The notes beneath the pieces are model-generated. The model made no database searches and was not told where the DNA came from. It was given only the letters and a program-made list of their open reading frames with translations. Positions 10,123-19,729 of a DNA stretch of 64,000 bases are shown here, piece by piece (positions within the stretch are counted from its first letter, which is position 1; each line of letters opens with the position of its first letter). Source of the DNA: Ezakiella sp. (GTDB taxonomy: Bacteria > Bacillota > Clostridia > Tissierellales > Peptoniphilaceae); NCBI GenBank assembly GCA_022766605.1, contig JALEOH010000034.1, positions 4,470-68,469 on the forward strand, written 5' to 3'. The position numbers and the translations under genes are program-made.

Positions 10123-10145
10123 AAGGTGTGATGCTATCACATCTT
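10123..10145 (+). terminator. Hairpin after LTA synthase gene
   Basis: AAGGTGTGAT-gct-ATCACATCTT stem; U-tract is weak. Confidence 0.5.
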
Positions 10146-10194
10146 AATATCTTTAAAATTTTTTCACAAAATCAATAAAAGTGATTTAAATCAC

Positions 10195-10223
10195 TTGACA
10201 TTGTTCTAAATTTGGTTTAAAAT
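10195..10223 (+). promoter_or_regulatory. sigmaA promoter of met operon
   Basis: TTGACA (10195-10200), 17 bp, TAAAAT (10218-10223). Confidence 0.75.
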
Positions 10224-10234
10224 AACACTTACAA

Positions 10235-10329
10235 TATTCATCCAGAGAGGTGGAGGGACTGGCCCTATGAAGCCCGGCAACCTATTGAGTTAGGTGCCAA
10301 TTCCAGCGGTAAAAGCCGAGAGATGAGAG
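10235..10329 (+). promoter_or_regulatory. SAM-I (S-box) riboswitch
   Basis: TTCATCCAGAGAGGTGGAGGGACTGGCCCTATGAAGCCCGGCAACC...GGTGCCAATTCC...GAGAGATGAG matches S-box consensus; upstream of metNIQ. Confidence 0.95.
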
Positions 10330-10342
10330 ATAGACTTTTTGT

Positions 10343-10375
10343 ATCCTCTCATCATTTTGAGAGGATTTTCTTTTT
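10343..10375 (+). terminator. Riboswitch expression-platform terminator
   Basis: ATCCTCTCA-tcattt-TGAGAGGAT plus T-rich tail; left arm CTCTCATC is complementary to the aptamer 3' GATGAGAG (antiterminator). Confidence 0.85.
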
Positions 10376-10393
10376 CGGCAAGGAAGGAGTAGC

Positions 10394-11398
10394 ATGATTA
10401 AGATATCGAATTTAGTAAAAGAATTTAATATTAACGGAAAGTTTCGTGCAGTTGACGATGTTAGTCTTGAGGTAAATCAAGGTGAAGTCTATGGTATAAT
10501 TGGACTATCGGGTGCAGGTAAGTCAACACTTGTAAGATGCATTAATCGCCTTGAAGAATTTGATCAAGGTAGCATTGAGATCGAAGGGGTGAGGGTTGAT
10601 AAACTTAATTCAAAAGAGCTCTTGAATTTAAGAAAGAATATTGGCATGATATTTCAACACTTCAATCTTTTTTCTCAAATGACTGTAAGCGAAAATATCG
10701 CATATCCGCTTAAGCTTGCTAAGCATTCTAAAGCAGAGATAGAACAAAAAGTGGATGAAATGTTGGACTTTGTCGAACTTAAGGATAAGAAGGATAGTTA
10801 TCCCAGTAGTTTGTCGGGTGGACAGAAGCAGAGGGTTGCAATAGCGCGCGCACTTGCAAATAATCCAAAGATTCTTCTTAGTGACGAATCAACATCTGCA
10901 CTAGACCCAACGACAACTCAGGAAATACTAAAGCTTATCCGAAAACTTGTAGATAATTACGGCACAACTGTTATAATGATAACTCACCAAATGGAAGTTG
11001 CAAAAAGCATATGCGACAGAATTGCCGTAATGCAAGATGGTAAGATCGTCGAAGAAAATTATACTAAGGAGCTCTTTCGCCATCCGAAGAGTGAAATTAC
11101 TAGATCCTTTATTCAGGATATATCAATCGATGATGAGCTTGATATCATTAAGAGTAGCGCAAAGGGTAGACTCTTTAGGCTCACTTATGATGATAAGAGC
11201 TACAATAGCCCAATAATATCGGAGCTTTCAAAGAGCTTTGATATCGATATCAATATACTATCGGGGAATGTAAACAAACTCTCCAATACCAATGTTGGTT
11301 ATTTGATAGTAGAGTTTATCGGAGATGATAGAAAAATCGACAAGGCTGTAAATTATTGCAAAGAGAAGGATATATTTATGGAGGTGCTAAATGTTTGA
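10394..11398 (+). CDS. metN: Methionine ABC transporter ATPase
   Basis: GLSGAGKSTL, LSGGQKQRV, C-terminal NIL domain; S-box upstream. Confidence 0.93.
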   Translation: MIKISNLVKEFNINGKFRAVDDVSLEVNQGEVYGIIGLSGAGKSTLVRCINRLEEFDQGSIEIEGVRVDKLNSKELLNLRKNIGMIFQHFNLFSQMTVSENIAYPLKLAKHSKAEIEQKVDEMLDFVELKDKKDSYPSSLSGGQKQRVAIARALANNPKILLSDESTSALDPTTTQEILKLIRKLVDNYGTTVIMITHQMEVAKSICDRIAVMQDGKIVEENYTKELFRHPKSEITRSFIQDISIDDELDIIKSSAKGRLFRLTYDDKSYNSPIISELSKSFDIDINILSGNVNKLSNTNVGYLIVEFIGDDRKIDKAVNYCKEKDIFMEVLNV

Positions 11399-12029
11399 TC
11401 AATTGCTTAAAGCGACATATGAGACCATTGCTATGGTAACCGTTTCATCGATATTTGCAACTCTATTAGGTCTTCCAATTGGATTAATACTTTTTGCAAC
11501 TAAAAAGGACTCGATAGCTGAAAATAAAATAGTCTATAGAATATTAGATGTAGTTATCAATATATTGCGATCAATGCCATTTGTAATATTAATGATAGTT
11601 GTCTTCCCACTAGCCAAACTAATAGTTGGCAAAAAAATTGGCATGGTTGCAGCTATGGTTCCACTTTCTGTTTCGGCAGCACCATTTGTAGCAAGAGTGA
11701 TGGAAAATTGCTTTAGTGAAATTGACAAAGGCAAGATCGAAGCTGCAAAATCAATGGGGGCGGGGAAATTTGATATACTAAAACTAGTATTAAAAGAAAG
11801 CACACCAGGAGTGATAGATGGAATTACTATGACGGTGATAAATCTAATCGGTTACTCTGCAATGGCAGGGGCTCTCGGTGGAGGGGGACTTGGAGATATT
11901 GCTATAAGATATGGATGGAATATGAATAAGACAGACATGCTAATGGCGTCGGTTGTAATAATAGTCGTCATAGTTCAAGTCATCCAATTTGTTGGAACGC
12001 GTGTTTCAAGAAAAATCAATAAGAGATAG
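11391..12029 (+). CDS. metI: Methionine ABC transporter permease
   Basis: NILRSMPFVIL, GGGGLGDIAIRYG. Confidence 0.93.
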   Translation: MFDQLLKATYETIAMVTVSSIFATLLGLPIGLILFATKKDSIAENKIVYRILDVVINILRSMPFVILMIVVFPLAKLIVGKKIGMVAAMVPLSVSAAPFVARVMENCFSEIDKGKIEAAKSMGAGKFDILKLVLKESTPGVIDGITMTVINLIGYSAMAGALGGGGLGDIAIRYGWNMNKTDMLMASVVIIVVIVQVIQFVGTRVSRKINKR

Positions 12030-12038
12030 GAGATTAAA

Positions 12039-12914
12039 ATGAAAAGATATATTGCATTATTATTAGCACTAGCACTACTATTTGTAGGTTGCTCACAAAA
12101 GACAGATAAAGCATCTGAAAATAAAGAAAATAAAGAAGTAAAGACGGAAGTTAAATCAGAGGAAAAAGCTGAAAAAACTGAAGAGAAGGAACTTGTAAAA
12201 GTAAGCGTTGGGGTTTCTCCAACTCCACATGGAGAAATTGTAGAAGCACTTCGCGATGAATTCAAGAAGGAGGGCATTGATGTTGATGTAGTTGTTTTTA
12301 CCGACTATGTACAACCAAATTTGGCTCTAAATGACAAGGAAATCGATCTAAATTATTTCCAACACATTCCTTATTTAAAAGAATTTTGTGAATCTAGAGA
12401 TCTTGATTTAGTCTCAATTGCCAATGTCCACCTTGAACCAATTGGCCTTTATACTACAAAGTATCAATCGATCGATGAAATTGAAGATGGTTCTGAAATA
12501 CTAATTCCAAACGATCCATCAAATGGTGCAAGAGCTCTTAGATTACTAGAAGATGCAGGACTAATCAAACTTACTGATTATAATAGTGAAAGCATCACTG
12601 AAAATGACATTGCTGAAAATCCAAAGAATTTAAAGATAACAGCGGTTGAAGCTGGTGCAATTCCTAAGGCATATGGCGATGTAGCAGCAGGCGTAATAAA
12701 TGGCAACTATGCAATTGGAGCTGGGCTAAGTCCGGCAAAAGACGCTCTTCTACTTGAAAAGATAGAAGGCAATCCAAATATCAATGTAGTTGCTGCAAGA
12801 GCCGAGGACAAGGACAATGAAGTCTATCAAAGATTTGTAAAAGTGATCAACTCCGAGGCTGCAAGAAAGATAATTGAAGAGAAATTCGACGGTGCAGTTG
12901 TACCTGCATTTTAA
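12039..12914 (+). CDS. metQ: Methionine ABC substrate-binding lipoprotein
   Basis: Lipobox LFVGC; DYVQPNLAL, NYFQHIPYL, PNDPSNGARAL. Confidence 0.93.
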   Translation: MKRYIALLLALALLFVGCSQKTDKASENKENKEVKTEVKSEEKAEKTEEKELVKVSVGVSPTPHGEIVEALRDEFKKEGIDVDVVVFTDYVQPNLALNDKEIDLNYFQHIPYLKEFCESRDLDLVSIANVHLEPIGLYTTKYQSIDEIEDGSEILIPNDPSNGARALRLLEDAGLIKLTDYNSESITENDIAENPKNLKITAVEAGAIPKAYGDVAAGVINGNYAIGAGLSPAKDALLLEKIEGNPNINVVAARAEDKDNEVYQRFVKVINSEAARKIIEEKFDGAVVPAF

Positions 12915-12918
12915 GACT

Positions 12919-12947
12919 AAGACCGTGGTTAAAGCCGCGGTCTTTTT
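12919..12947 (+). terminator. Terminator of metNIQ
   Basis: AAGACCGTGGT-taaa-GCCGCGGTCTT then TTT. Confidence 0.8.
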
Positions 12948-13227
12948 ATGGATTATAAGATATAAGCTCGAGGAATATATTGTATATTATAGAGTGTTAT
13001 AATATATGAAACTTTATATTTTATTTATTGCAATAAAAAGATATTTGCCTTTAATAATTGCATGGGTATATCATATTCAGCGATGGTATAATGGACTGTG
13101 AGTGAAATCACAGTCTTTTTTATAATAAAGTATTTTTGCAATAATAAAAATCTTTAATTCTTTTTCTCTAAATACCTTAACAAAGCCATCAATTTATGAT
13201 ATAGTATAATTAGAAATGGAGGTATCA

Positions 13228-14649
13228 ATGGATAAGTATCGTATTGAAAGTGACTCAGTCGGTGAAAAACAAGTCCCAGCTGATGCTCTTTATGGAGTAC
13301 AAACTTTAAGGGCATACGAAAATTTTAAGATTACGGGTGATAAGATGCATCCTGCTATGGTCAAGGCTCTTGCACAAGTAAAGAAAGCTTGTGCAATAAG
13401 CAATTTCGAAGCAGGGGTAATGGATGAGAAGGTTAAAGATGCAATTGTTAAGGCATGTGATGAGGTCTTAACTGGCAATTATAATGATTCATTTATCACA
13501 GATCCTATTCAAGGTGGCGCAGGAACTTCTGCTAATATGAATGCCAATGAAGTAATTGCGAATTTGGCAGAGAGGGTATTTGGCAATGAGCCTGGTAAAT
13601 ATGAATTTGTTCATCCGAATGACCATGTAAACATGGGTCAATCAACCAATGATGTATATCCAACCGCAGGAAAGCTTGGAGCATTATATTTACTTCAACC
13701 CATGAAAGATGAATTAAATCAATTGATTGAGGCTCTTGGTAAAAAAGCCGATGAATTTGATGATATAGTAAAGATGGGAAGAACACAGCTTCAAGATGCT
13801 GTTCCAATTAGACTTGGTCAGGAATTTGCTGCATATAAAAATGCCCTTCTAAGAGATGTTGATAGAATTAAAGCAGGTGAGAAGGCAATTAGTTTTAGCA
13901 ATATGGGAGCTTCTGCCATTGGAACTGGGATCAATGTTGATACGGTCTATCTTCAAAAGATCGTTCCAAATCTTTCTAAATTAACTGGTTTTGATTTAAT
14001 TCAAAATGATGATTTGGTAGATGGTACTCAAAACTTGGATTTCCTTGCTTATTTTTCTGGAATACTAAAGACACTTGCTCTTACTCTATCGAAGATTTCT
14101 AATGATCTAAGGTTGATGAGTTCAGGACCAAGAACTGGTATTGGTGAGATAAATCTTCCCGCAAGACAAAATGGCTCTTCTATAATGCCTGGTAAAGTTA
14201 ATCCTGTCATTCCAGAAGTCGTCACTCAAGCAGCTTTCTTGGTTGCAGGAAATGATACTACTGTTTCAATGTGCGTTGAAGCAGGGCAATTTGAATTAAA
14301 TGCATTTGAGCCAGTATTATATAAATGTCTTTATGAATCAATTGAAGCATTGACAGGGGCGATGAATACATTAAGAGTAAATTGCATTGATGGAATTACA
14401 GCTAATAAAGAGAGAATTGATGAATTATTACATCGCTCGGTGGGGATGGTAACGGCTCTTGTTCCACATATTGGATATAAGCCTGCTGCTTCTATTGCAA
14501 AGGAAGCTCTAAAAACTGGCGAATCAGTAAAGAGCATAGTATTGAGAGAAAAGCTTTTAACAGAAGATGAAATCATGGAGATCTTTGATCCAATTGAATT
14601 GACAAAGCCAGGGATTGCTGCAAAGCATTTACTTGAAGAAAATAAATAA
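13228..14649 (+). CDS. aspA: Aspartate ammonia-lyase (aspartase)
   Basis: Fumarase/aspartase superfamily signature GSSIMPGKVNPV, QGGAGTSANMN, HPNDHVNMGQSTND, KMGRTQLQDA; ATG 13228 after GGAGG. Confidence 0.9.
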   Translation: MDKYRIESDSVGEKQVPADALYGVQTLRAYENFKITGDKMHPAMVKALAQVKKACAISNFEAGVMDEKVKDAIVKACDEVLTGNYNDSFITDPIQGGAGTSANMNANEVIANLAERVFGNEPGKYEFVHPNDHVNMGQSTNDVYPTAGKLGALYLLQPMKDELNQLIEALGKKADEFDDIVKMGRTQLQDAVPIRLGQEFAAYKNALLRDVDRIKAGEKAISFSNMGASAIGTGINVDTVYLQKIVPNLSKLTGFDLIQNDDLVDGTQNLDFLAYFSGILKTLALTLSKISNDLRLMSSGPRTGIGEINLPARQNGSSIMPGKVNPVIPEVVTQAAFLVAGNDTTVSMCVEAGQFELNAFEPVLYKCLYESIEALTGAMNTLRVNCIDGITANKERIDELLHRSVGMVTALVPHIGYKPAASIAKEALKTGESVKSIVLREKLLTEDEIMEIFDPIELTKPGIAAKHLLEENK

Positions 14650-14661
14650 TATTAATTATAT

Positions 14662-14685
14662 GGGTCGGCATATGCTGGCCTTTTT
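14662..14685 (+). terminator. Terminator after aspA
   Basis: GGTCGGC-atat-GCTGGCC followed by TTTTT. Confidence 0.65.
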
Positions 14686-14738
14686 AATTGAAAAAATACA
14701 TTCATTGTGATAAAATACATCTAGTAGTTGGAGGAGAT

Positions 14739-15311
14739 ATGGATTTTTTCAAAATTAACAATGTAAATATAAGCTCGTGGGATGGCGGAACAACCGAGGA
14801 ATTTTTTATATATCCAGTTGGTTCGAACTATGCCAATAGAGATTTTAGTATAAGAGTAAGCCGTGCAAATGTCGATAAAGTAGATGGTAATTTTACACAT
14901 TTGCCTGATTATAAGAGATTTTTAATTCCGATTAGCAAAGATTTGATGCTTGAAATCAATGGTGGAAGAATGCTAATAAAAAAGGAGACGACTTTTTCTT
15001 TTGATGGAAGTGAAAAAATTATATCCAAAACGACTGGCTCAGACTTTAATTTAATGCTAAAAAAAGATATGGTAGGAAAGATGGAAGTCTTGAAGTTTAA
15101 AGATAAATTGATTATAAGAGATGATATAAAACAAAATAAGATATTGTTTTTTTATAATTTGAGAGATAATATAAAATTATCATCTGCTAATAAGGAGATG
15201 GAGCTTTGTCATAATGAATTTGGAGTAGCCATAGCACGCGATAAATATGAAATGGTTATCAACCCCAGCACAAGCGACAACTGTATTATTTGGGGTAAAG
15301 TATCACTATGA
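14739..15311 (+). CDS. HutD/Ves-family cupin protein
   Basis: SSWDGGTTEEFFIYP...DFSIRVSRA...FTHLPDYKR; ATG 14739 after GGAGG. Confidence 0.75.
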   Translation: MDFFKINNVNISSWDGGTTEEFFIYPVGSNYANRDFSIRVSRANVDKVDGNFTHLPDYKRFLIPISKDLMLEINGGRMLIKKETTFSFDGSEKIISKTTGSDFNLMLKKDMVGKMEVLKFKDKLIIRDDIKQNKILFFYNLRDNIKLSSANKEMELCHNEFGVAIARDKYEMVINPSTSDNCIIWGKVSL

Positions 15312-16345
15312 AGCTTGGCAAGTGGCTTTTTGTTTTATTTTTTGTCCTATTTGTAATAAGCTCTGCCTTTGCTTTTTTTTATAGCGAAGAGATAGTTAGC
15401 TTTATTAACAATAAACAAGATGAAAGAGAAAATAGTCTGCAATATAGATATGTGGAACTGCCATATAAAGAGCAAGTCTATGTGGATAATGGTAAGATAT
15501 TTATATTAAATAAATCTGATTTTAAGGCTGTGGACTATAGTGGCAAGGAATTGTACAAAAGAAAGCTTGATCATGATAAATTTCGAATGATTGGCGTGAA
15601 TGGGTATATATTTCTTATAGATGACTCAACTAATAGCACAGATGTGCTCGACCACGAAAATCATCTAATATTTGAAGAGGCAAGCTACAATCATATAAAT
15701 AGCATTAAAAATATCGGAAAGGATATAGTGATATTTAGCGACGACGGTCTAAATTTTGAAACTGCTATCTATGATGACTATATGGAAGAAGAAATCAGCT
15801 TTATGTCAAAGGATGCCGCAGTAGATCTAATAAAAGTTAAAGACGGCATTAAGATATTCAGTCTAAGACGCGATAGCGGTGGGCTGTCGGCGGTATTTGG
15901 ATTATTAAATGAAAAGAAAGAGATAAATTTAATACTTGAGCTTGAAGGCTATGTTCCAATTAAGTTCTATGTAGATGGCAAGGCTGATATACTTGTTACC
16001 GATAGAGAAGCACTTTTAACTCGTGGTGGTGTAGTTGAGAAAAAATTATCTTATAATAATTTTATGGGCTTTGAAAAACTAAAGGATAATTATATAATAT
16101 TGGCAGATGGTAATTACACAATAGTCGATAATAATTTTAACATAATAGATAGTGGAGAGGTCAAGGGACTAGATAATATAGTTCAGTCAAATGATCACGC
16201 ATATATCTATGGGGGTAGGGAAATAAAAAAATTTGGAGACGATGGATTGATAGAGGAGATTAAAACAGAGCATGATATTGAGAGGATCCACATTTCAAAT
16301 GGCTTAATTGTAGAATTCAGAAATGGATTCTTAATTTATAATTAA
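15308..16345 (+). CDS. Hypothetical N-terminally anchored extracellular protein (beta-rich)
   Basis: Single N-terminal hydrophobic helix; 345-aa ORF overlapping upstream stop. Confidence 0.6.
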   Translation: MKLGKWLFVLFFVLFVISSAFAFFYSEEIVSFINNKQDERENSLQYRYVELPYKEQVYVDNGKIFILNKSDFKAVDYSGKELYKRKLDHDKFRMIGVNGYIFLIDDSTNSTDVLDHENHLIFEEASYNHINSIKNIGKDIVIFSDDGLNFETAIYDDYMEEEISFMSKDAAVDLIKVKDGIKIFSLRRDSGGLSAVFGLLNEKKEINLILELEGYVPIKFYVDGKADILVTDREALLTRGGVVEKKLSYNNFMGFEKLKDNYIILADGNYTIVDNNFNIIDSGEVKGLDNIVQSNDHAYIYGGREIKKFGDDGLIEEIKTEHDIERIHISNGLIVEFRNGFLIYN

Positions 16346-16362
16346 TTTATAGGAGGTATGAT

Positions 16363-16929
16363 ATGATTGATGCAAGAGGACTATTGTGTCCGCAACCAGT
16401 AATTTTAACTAAGGCTGAACTAAACAAGCCAGAGGTTAATGAAACTTCGACTTTTGTCGATAATGAAGTAGCAGTAAGTAATTTACAAAAACTTGCTGAA
16501 AGCATTGGTGCAAAATCCAAAGTAGATGCCTACGATGGCTATTGGGATGTTACAATAACTAAGTCAGATGCAGCTGCTGCAAATATTGCTAAGCAAGAAA
16601 AGACGGTAATTGCGATTTCAAGAAATTTTTTAGGTCATGACGAAGAGCTGGGAAAGATTTTAATAAAGTCTTTTATATATACTATAACCGAGGCCGATCA
16701 CAAGCCAGAGGAGATATTATTCTTTAATTCAGGCGCAAAGCTCGTAGCTAGCGACTCCGAAGTGCTAGGAGACTTAAAGAAACTTGAAGAAGCTGGTGTT
16801 AAGATCAATACTTGTGGAATTTGCCTTGATTATTATAATATTAAGGAAGATGTCCAAGTTGGTGGAATCACCAATATGTATGCGATATATGAAGCAATGG
16901 CAACTGCGAGCCATTTAATCAATATCTAA
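16363..16929 (+). CDS. yedF: Sulfurtransferase-like selenium metabolism protein YedF (TusA + DsrE domains)
   Basis: IDARGLLCPQPVILTK, FFNSGAKL, CGICLDYY, VGGITNMY. Confidence 0.85.
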   Translation: MIDARGLLCPQPVILTKAELNKPEVNETSTFVDNEVAVSNLQKLAESIGAKSKVDAYDGYWDVTITKSDAAAANIAKQEKTVIAISRNFLGHDEELGKILIKSFIYTITEADHKPEEILFFNSGAKLVASDSEVLGDLKKLEEAGVKINTCGICLDYYNIKEDVQVGGITNMYAIYEAMATASHLINI

Positions 16930-17783
16930 TGGACGCTATAAGAGCATTTATTGAAAAGTATCTAATGAGGGCAACAGGTGGACTAAATGGTCTTGGCAAA
17001 TTACTTGTTGCCCTTATTTCACTTTTCATTACTTTTTTAATAATAAGACTATTAAATTATATTATAAGAAAGATTTTAAACTCCAAGATCAGCAAAAGTG
17101 GCATTATCGAAGAAAAAAGAGCGAAGACTGTAATGAGCATATTAAAAAGTATGGTCACAGTTCTTGTCGTATTGATTTGGTTCTTGTCGATTTTGAGTTT
17201 GTTTGGTGTGAATACATCAGCTTTGATAGCAACAGCTGGAGTGGGTGGTATTGCAATTTCTTTTGGGGCAAAGAGCTTGGTTGAAGATATCATTGCGGGA
17301 ATGTTCTTGTTTTGGGAAAATACTTTTGCAATTGGCGATTATGTAAAGATTGCCGATAGATCCGGATATGTTGAAGAGTTGACGCTAAGGACGACTATTA
17401 TCAGGGATTTTTCTGGAGAAATTCATACTATTCCAAATGGTAAAATCTGCATTGTCACCAATATGGGCAAGGACTGGCAAAGAGCTCAAGTTAAATTCAT
17501 GGTGGATTATGATGCCGACATCAAGGCAGTAATGAATATATTGAAAAATACTTTTGATAAATTATTTAAAGACGATAAAACTGTTATTAGTGAAATTAAT
17601 GTTATGGGAGTAACGGATCTTGCTAGCTCATCAATTGAAATAACCGTCTTTACAAGGACTGTGCCTGGAGAGAATTGGAGAGTAGAGCGTGAGATGAGAC
17701 TTGCTGGAATAAAGGCGCTTAAGGAAAATGGAATTGAGATTCCATATAATAAATTGGATATTAAGGTGATGGAAAATGCTTAA
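16929..17783 (+). CDS. Small-conductance mechanosensitive channel (MscS family)
   Basis: AGVGGIAISFGAKSLVEDIIAG, IGDYV, GYVEELTLRTT, IPNG. Confidence 0.9.
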   Translation: MDAIRAFIEKYLMRATGGLNGLGKLLVALISLFITFLIIRLLNYIIRKILNSKISKSGIIEEKRAKTVMSILKSMVTVLVVLIWFLSILSLFGVNTSALIATAGVGGIAISFGAKSLVEDIIAGMFLFWENTFAIGDYVKIADRSGYVEELTLRTTIIRDFSGEIHTIPNGKICIVTNMGKDWQRAQVKFMVDYDADIKAVMNILKNTFDKLFKDDKTVISEINVMGVTDLASSSIEITVFTRTVPGENWRVEREMRLAGIKALKENGIEIPYNKLDIKVMENA

Positions 17784-18000
17784 ATACTATGTTGGTGATT
17801 ATGTCACTATGAAGAAAAATCATGCATGTGGTAAAAATGAATGGGAAATATTAAAAACAGGCGTAGATATAAAGCTAAGATGCGTGCACTGTAATAGAGA
17901 GCTATTTATGACACGCTTTGATTTTGTTGGAAATGTAAGGAAGATATTGCATGAGGGCAAATGGATTTCAATTCGCACCTCTAAGGAGATTGACAGATGA
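17776..18000 (+). CDS. DUF951 family protein
   Basis: VGDYVTMKKNHACGKNEWEILKTGVDIKLRCVHC. Confidence 0.8.
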   Translation: MLKYYVGDYVTMKKNHACGKNEWEILKTGVDIKLRCVHCNRELFMTRFDFVGNVRKILHEGKWISIRTSKEIDR

Positions 18001-18674
18001 AAAGCGGGAAAAAATTATGTATAATTGGTGGCATGGGGCCACTTGCAACTGCTGATTGTTATAGGAGAATAATTGAATCAAGCCCTGCTAACACCGACCA
18101 AGAGCATATTGAGACCCTGATTTTTTCAGATTCACAAATTCCCGATAGAACATCTTGCATATTAAGCGGAGAAAGCGATGATCTTATAAAAAAACTGCAA
18201 GATGATTTTAAAATAGCAAATGATTGGGGAGCAGATTTATTTATTATTCCATGTAATACTTGCCATTTTTATATGGATGAGATGAAAAAGATGACCAACG
18301 CCAAGATATTAAATATGGTTGAGATTGCAGTAACAAAATCGAAAGATAAGGTATATGTCTTTGGCACTGAAGGTACAAGGCTTAGTGGGATATATAAAGA
18401 TGAAATAAATAAATCGAGTAGGAGTTATTTAGATTTAACAGATGATGAGAGTAAAATAGTCATGGATGTGATTTATAGTATAAAAAGTGGTTTAGAGCCA
18501 AAACTTAAGAATTTTCCAAAATTAAAAAAAATTATGGATGAAAAGCTAGATAGTGGAGCAAGCGTTATCGTTGCATGTACTGAACTTAGTATGCTTGATT
18601 TTGATAGAGAAAAAATTATAGATGCGATGGGTGAGCTCGTAAAAGCCGTAGTGAAAGAGGCCTTCGATGCTTGA
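17997..18674 (+). CDS. Aspartate/glutamate racemase family protein
   Basis: IIGGMGPLAT, IPDRT, two catalytic Cys motifs PCNT and ACTEL. Confidence 0.88.
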   Translation: MKSGKKLCIIGGMGPLATADCYRRIIESSPANTDQEHIETLIFSDSQIPDRTSCILSGESDDLIKKLQDDFKIANDWGADLFIIPCNTCHFYMDEMKKMTNAKILNMVEIAVTKSKDKVYVFGTEGTRLSGIYKDEINKSSRSYLDLTDDESKIVMDVIYSIKSGLEPKLKNFPKLKKIMDEKLDSGASVIVACTELSMLDFDREKIIDAMGELVKAVVKEAFDA

Positions 18675-19185
18675 GCTTTTCGTTGTCTTTTTCAAAATTG
18701 GAATAACTACCTTTGGTGGAGGATATGCCATGATTCCAATACTAACTCGTGAGATTGCTGAAAAAAAGAAATGGGCAAGTGTAGATGAGCTATTAGAGTA
18801 TTATGCGATAGGTCAGGCTACGCCTGGTCTTATTGGAGTTAACACATCGACATTTGTTGGATATAAGGTCGGTGGAGTATTAGGTGGTTTAGTAGCGACG
18901 CTTGGATTTGTTGCGCCATCTATTATAATAATTTCATTATTATATGGATTTATAGATATTTTAGGAAATAAATTTCATACAGCAACCGAGCTTGTAAAAG
19001 TGGTTGTTACTGGACTTATAATTCATACACTATATCATATGGCTATAAAGCAATTATCGAATGTTAAGAAGATATTGCTTGCAATTATAAGCACAATTCT
19101 TGTATTAATTGGGGTTGATCTTCCAATAATAATTATCTTTGCTGCTTTATTTGCAATATTGGAGGCAAAATGCAAGAGATATTAA
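18667..19185 (+). CDS. Short-chain chromate transporter (CHR) subunit 1
   Basis: FFKIGITTFGGGYAMI, GQATPG. Confidence 0.88.
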   Translation: MLELFVVFFKIGITTFGGGYAMIPILTREIAEKKKWASVDELLEYYAIGQATPGLIGVNTSTFVGYKVGGVLGGLVATLGFVAPSIIIISLLYGFIDILGNKFHTATELVKVVVTGLIIHTLYHMAIKQLSNVKKILLAIISTILVLIGVDLPIIIIFAALFAILEAKCKRY

Positions 19186-19715
19186 TTTTAATTATAGAAT
19201 TTTTTAAAACTGGTCTCTTTTCAATTGGAGGAGGTCTTGCCACAATGCCATTTTTAGTGGAGATGGGAGAAAAATATGGTTTTTTTAACTATGAAGAGCT
19301 TTTAACTATGCTTGCGGTTAGTGAATCCACGCCAGGAGCTATAGGCATAAATATGGCGACATATGTTGGGATTAAGACCACAGGTATAATAGGAGGAATA
19401 GTATCAAGTCTATCTTTGGTTTTACCAAGCATTATTATAATACTTATAATTGCAAAAATAATCGATAAATATAAAAACAACGAAAATATGCAGAATATTA
19501 TGGAATATTTAAAACCAATATCAGTTGGATTTATAGCTGCTGCAGTAATTCCATTAATATTTGCAATATTTAGTGATAAATCCCACTTGGAATTGGGTAT
19601 ATATTTGTTGTTAATTGTAGCTGTGATATTTATTCGTGAAAGATATAATAAATTACATCCAGGGATAATAATTCTAGCGACTTTTCTCGTTGGATTATTG
19701 ATAGATATTTTTTAG
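19170..19715 (+). CDS. Short-chain chromate transporter (CHR) subunit 2
   Basis: FFKTGLFSIGGGLATM, SESTPGAIGIN. Confidence 0.88.
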   Translation: MQEILILIIEFFKTGLFSIGGGLATMPFLVEMGEKYGFFNYEELLTMLAVSESTPGAIGINMATYVGIKTTGIIGGIVSSLSLVLPSIIIILIIAKIIDKYKNNENMQNIMEYLKPISVGFIAAAVIPLIFAIFSDKSHLELGIYLLLIVAVIFIRERYNKLHPGIIILATFLVGLLIDIF

Positions 19716-19729
19716 TTAGGAGATGGAAG

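Noticed and set aside
18667-19715. Split chromate transporter as a pseudogene
   Set aside because: Paired short-chain CHR genes are an established heterodimeric architecture, and each half has its own start and full motif
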